Sequence record: GQ495225.1
Strand: one strand, 5' to 3'
DNA length: 7,513 nt
DNA from: Escherichia phage RES-2009a
The notes under the pieces: model-generated
Told to the model about the DNA's origin: nothing
The model's input: only the letters and a program-made list of their open reading frames with translations
Database searches by the model: none
Program-made: the position numbers and the translations under genes
Part shown: positions 6,664-7,513 of the stretch, in pieces
How the letters are laid out: each line of letters begins with the position of its first letter
Position numbering within the stretch: the first letter of the stretch is position 1

Positions 6664-7065
6664 ATGAATGATGCAATTTTGGCGTTTATGCGCTCGCTTG
6701 TTCCGGCGCTCAAAGCGGTGGATGACGAATCAATTAATGTATGGATTGATTTGGCACGTCTATACGTATGCGAAAGCAAATTTGGTGCAGACAAAGACAA
6801 GGCTGTCGGGCTTTATGCGCTACACCTGATGCTTGCTGATGGCGCATTTAAGGGTGAGAATGAAGGCCTGGAAACATACAGCCGTAGAATGGCAAGTTAT
6901 GCACTGAGCGGTGAATTCTCTATAACCTATGATAACCAATCAGCAATCCAGGGTGATTTATCATCTTCCTCCTGGGGTCGCATGTACAAGGCGCTTCTCC
7001 GCAAGAAAGGTGGCGGCTTTGGATTGATTACTTCCGCTGGTGGCGGTGGGTGCGGTTGCCGATGA
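6664..7065 (+). CDS. Putative head-tail adaptor / head completion protein
   Basis: 133 aa. The ORF-track start at 6649 is TTG; ATG at 6664 with TGGAG (6654-6658) and a 5-nt spacer is preferred. Size and position (first neck-type gene after the capsid gene) fit a connector, but the sequence is not confidently recognised. Unusual Gly-rich C-terminus GGGFGLITSAGGGGCGCR. Confidence 0.5.
   Translation: MNDAILAFMRSLVPALKAVDDESINVWIDLARLYVCESKFGADKDKAVGLYALHLMLADGAFKGENEGLETYSRRMASYALSGEFSITYDNQSAIQGDLSSSSWGRMYKALLRKKGGGFGLITSAGGGGCGCR
7036..7043 (+). other. Chi octamer GCTGGTGG
   Basis: Exact 8-mer on the + strand near the 3' end of the 133-aa gene, encoding Ala-Gly-Gly in frame. Confidence 0.6.
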
Positions 7066-7433
7066 ACTACAACGAAATCGAATCAATTACTCGCGCTGGC
7101 ATTAACTTCTTTAGTGATGCCAATGGCGTTTACGAGATGAGCACTGGCGCTGGATATGTTGAAATCGTTAACGGCGTTGAAGTGGAAGTGCCAGCGCAAA
7201 CATTCCAGCTAAAAGGATTGGTGCGAGAAATCAAGACGCGCGATATCGATGGCGAGTTTATCCAGTTTGGCGATAAGCGCGGAATCTTCACGGCTCAGAT
7301 TGAAATCAGGCAGGGTTATCAGATTAAAGTCGATGGTGAGACTTTTGTTGTTATTGACCCGCGGCCCGTTAAACCAACCGGAACAGTTGTTGGGTATAGA
7401 CCGATTCTTCGTAGGGTGGCTACTTATGGCTAG
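7062..7433 (+). CDS. Putative head closure / neck protein
   Basis: About 123 aa from ATG 7062, which overlaps the upstream stop as ATGA (a translational-coupling arrangement). In-frame GTG 7050 and TTG 7056 are alternative starts. Composition suggests a beta-rich small protein; function is inferred from position after the adaptor-like gene. Confidence 0.5.
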   Translation: MNYNEIESITRAGINFFSDANGVYEMSTGAGYVEIVNGVEVEVPAQTFQLKGLVREIKTRDIDGEFIQFGDKRGIFTAQIEIRQGYQIKVDGETFVVIDPRPVKPTGTVVGYRPILRRVATYG

Positions 7434-7513
7434 AAACATTGGAAGCGTTGCTACTTTTGAGAAATCTATTGCTGACTGGATTGATAGAGCAGATAAGGGG
7501 TTTGAGATTGTAG
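7426..7513 (+). CDS. 5' end of the next gene, truncated by the window edge (likely a further neck or tail component)
   Basis: ATG 7426 with AGGGTGG at 7413-7419 (6-nt spacer). The frame stays open to the window end (MARNIGSVATFEKSIADWIDRADKGFEIV...). It overlaps the previous stop as ATGGCTAG. It is absent from the ORF track only because fewer than 60 codons fall inside the window. Confidence 0.4.
   Translation, partial: MARNIGSVATFEKSIADWIDRADKGFEIV

Noticed and set aside
6964-7120. Programmed ribosomal frameshift joining the 133-aa and 123-aa genes
   Set aside because: There is no slippery heptamer at the junction. The ATGA stop-start overlap is a standard coupling arrangement, and known frameshifts in siphovirus structural modules occur in the tail chaperone genes downstream of the tail tube, not here.
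549-7439. All minus-strand ORFs in the track (549-743, 575-766, 1346-1690, 1687-1887, 1787-1993, 2738-2947, 2883-3263, 4204-4410, 4338-4535, 4665-4859, 5038-5220, 5934-6194, 6415-6618, 6555-6800, 7209-7439)
   Set aside because: Each is 60-126 aa, lies entirely antisense within a well-supported + strand gene, has no convincing SD, and often has low-complexity translation. They are best explained as chance open frames opposite real genes.
1-7513. Defence system, CRISPR array, tRNA, integrase, transposase or IS element
   Set aside because: I found no repeat-spacer periodicity, no cloverleaf-like tRNA candidates in the short intergenic regions, and no ORF with recombinase or nuclease-defence signatures. 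Every ORF is accounted for by the packaging and head module.

Overview
This window reads as one co-directional (+ strand) DNA-packaging and head-morphogenesis module of a tailed dsDNA phage or prophage, most likely of an enterobacterial host. Gene order is: 3' end of an upstream gene, large terminase, portal, Mu F-like minor head protein, scaffold-like protein, small Gly/Val/Thr-rich structural protein, major capsid protein, an 81-aa unknown, two small neck-type proteins, and the start of a further gene. Genes are tightly packed with Shine-Dalgarno sites, several overlapping or abutting starts, and four rho-independent-type hairpins, three of which share a UUCG tetraloop. Two sigma70-like promoter candidates sit immediately after terminators, so the major capsid gene and the 81-aa gene may each be separate transcription units. 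Three E. coli-type Chi octamers (GCTGGTGG) occur, all on the + strand and none on the - strand. I see no tRNA, CRISPR array, integrase, transposase or recognisable defence/toxin cassette; I do not find a novel system here, and the most unusual items are the Chi cluster, the self-contained 81-aa gene unit and the UUCG hairpin series. All functional calls rest on motif recall, gene order and size; no database search was possible.
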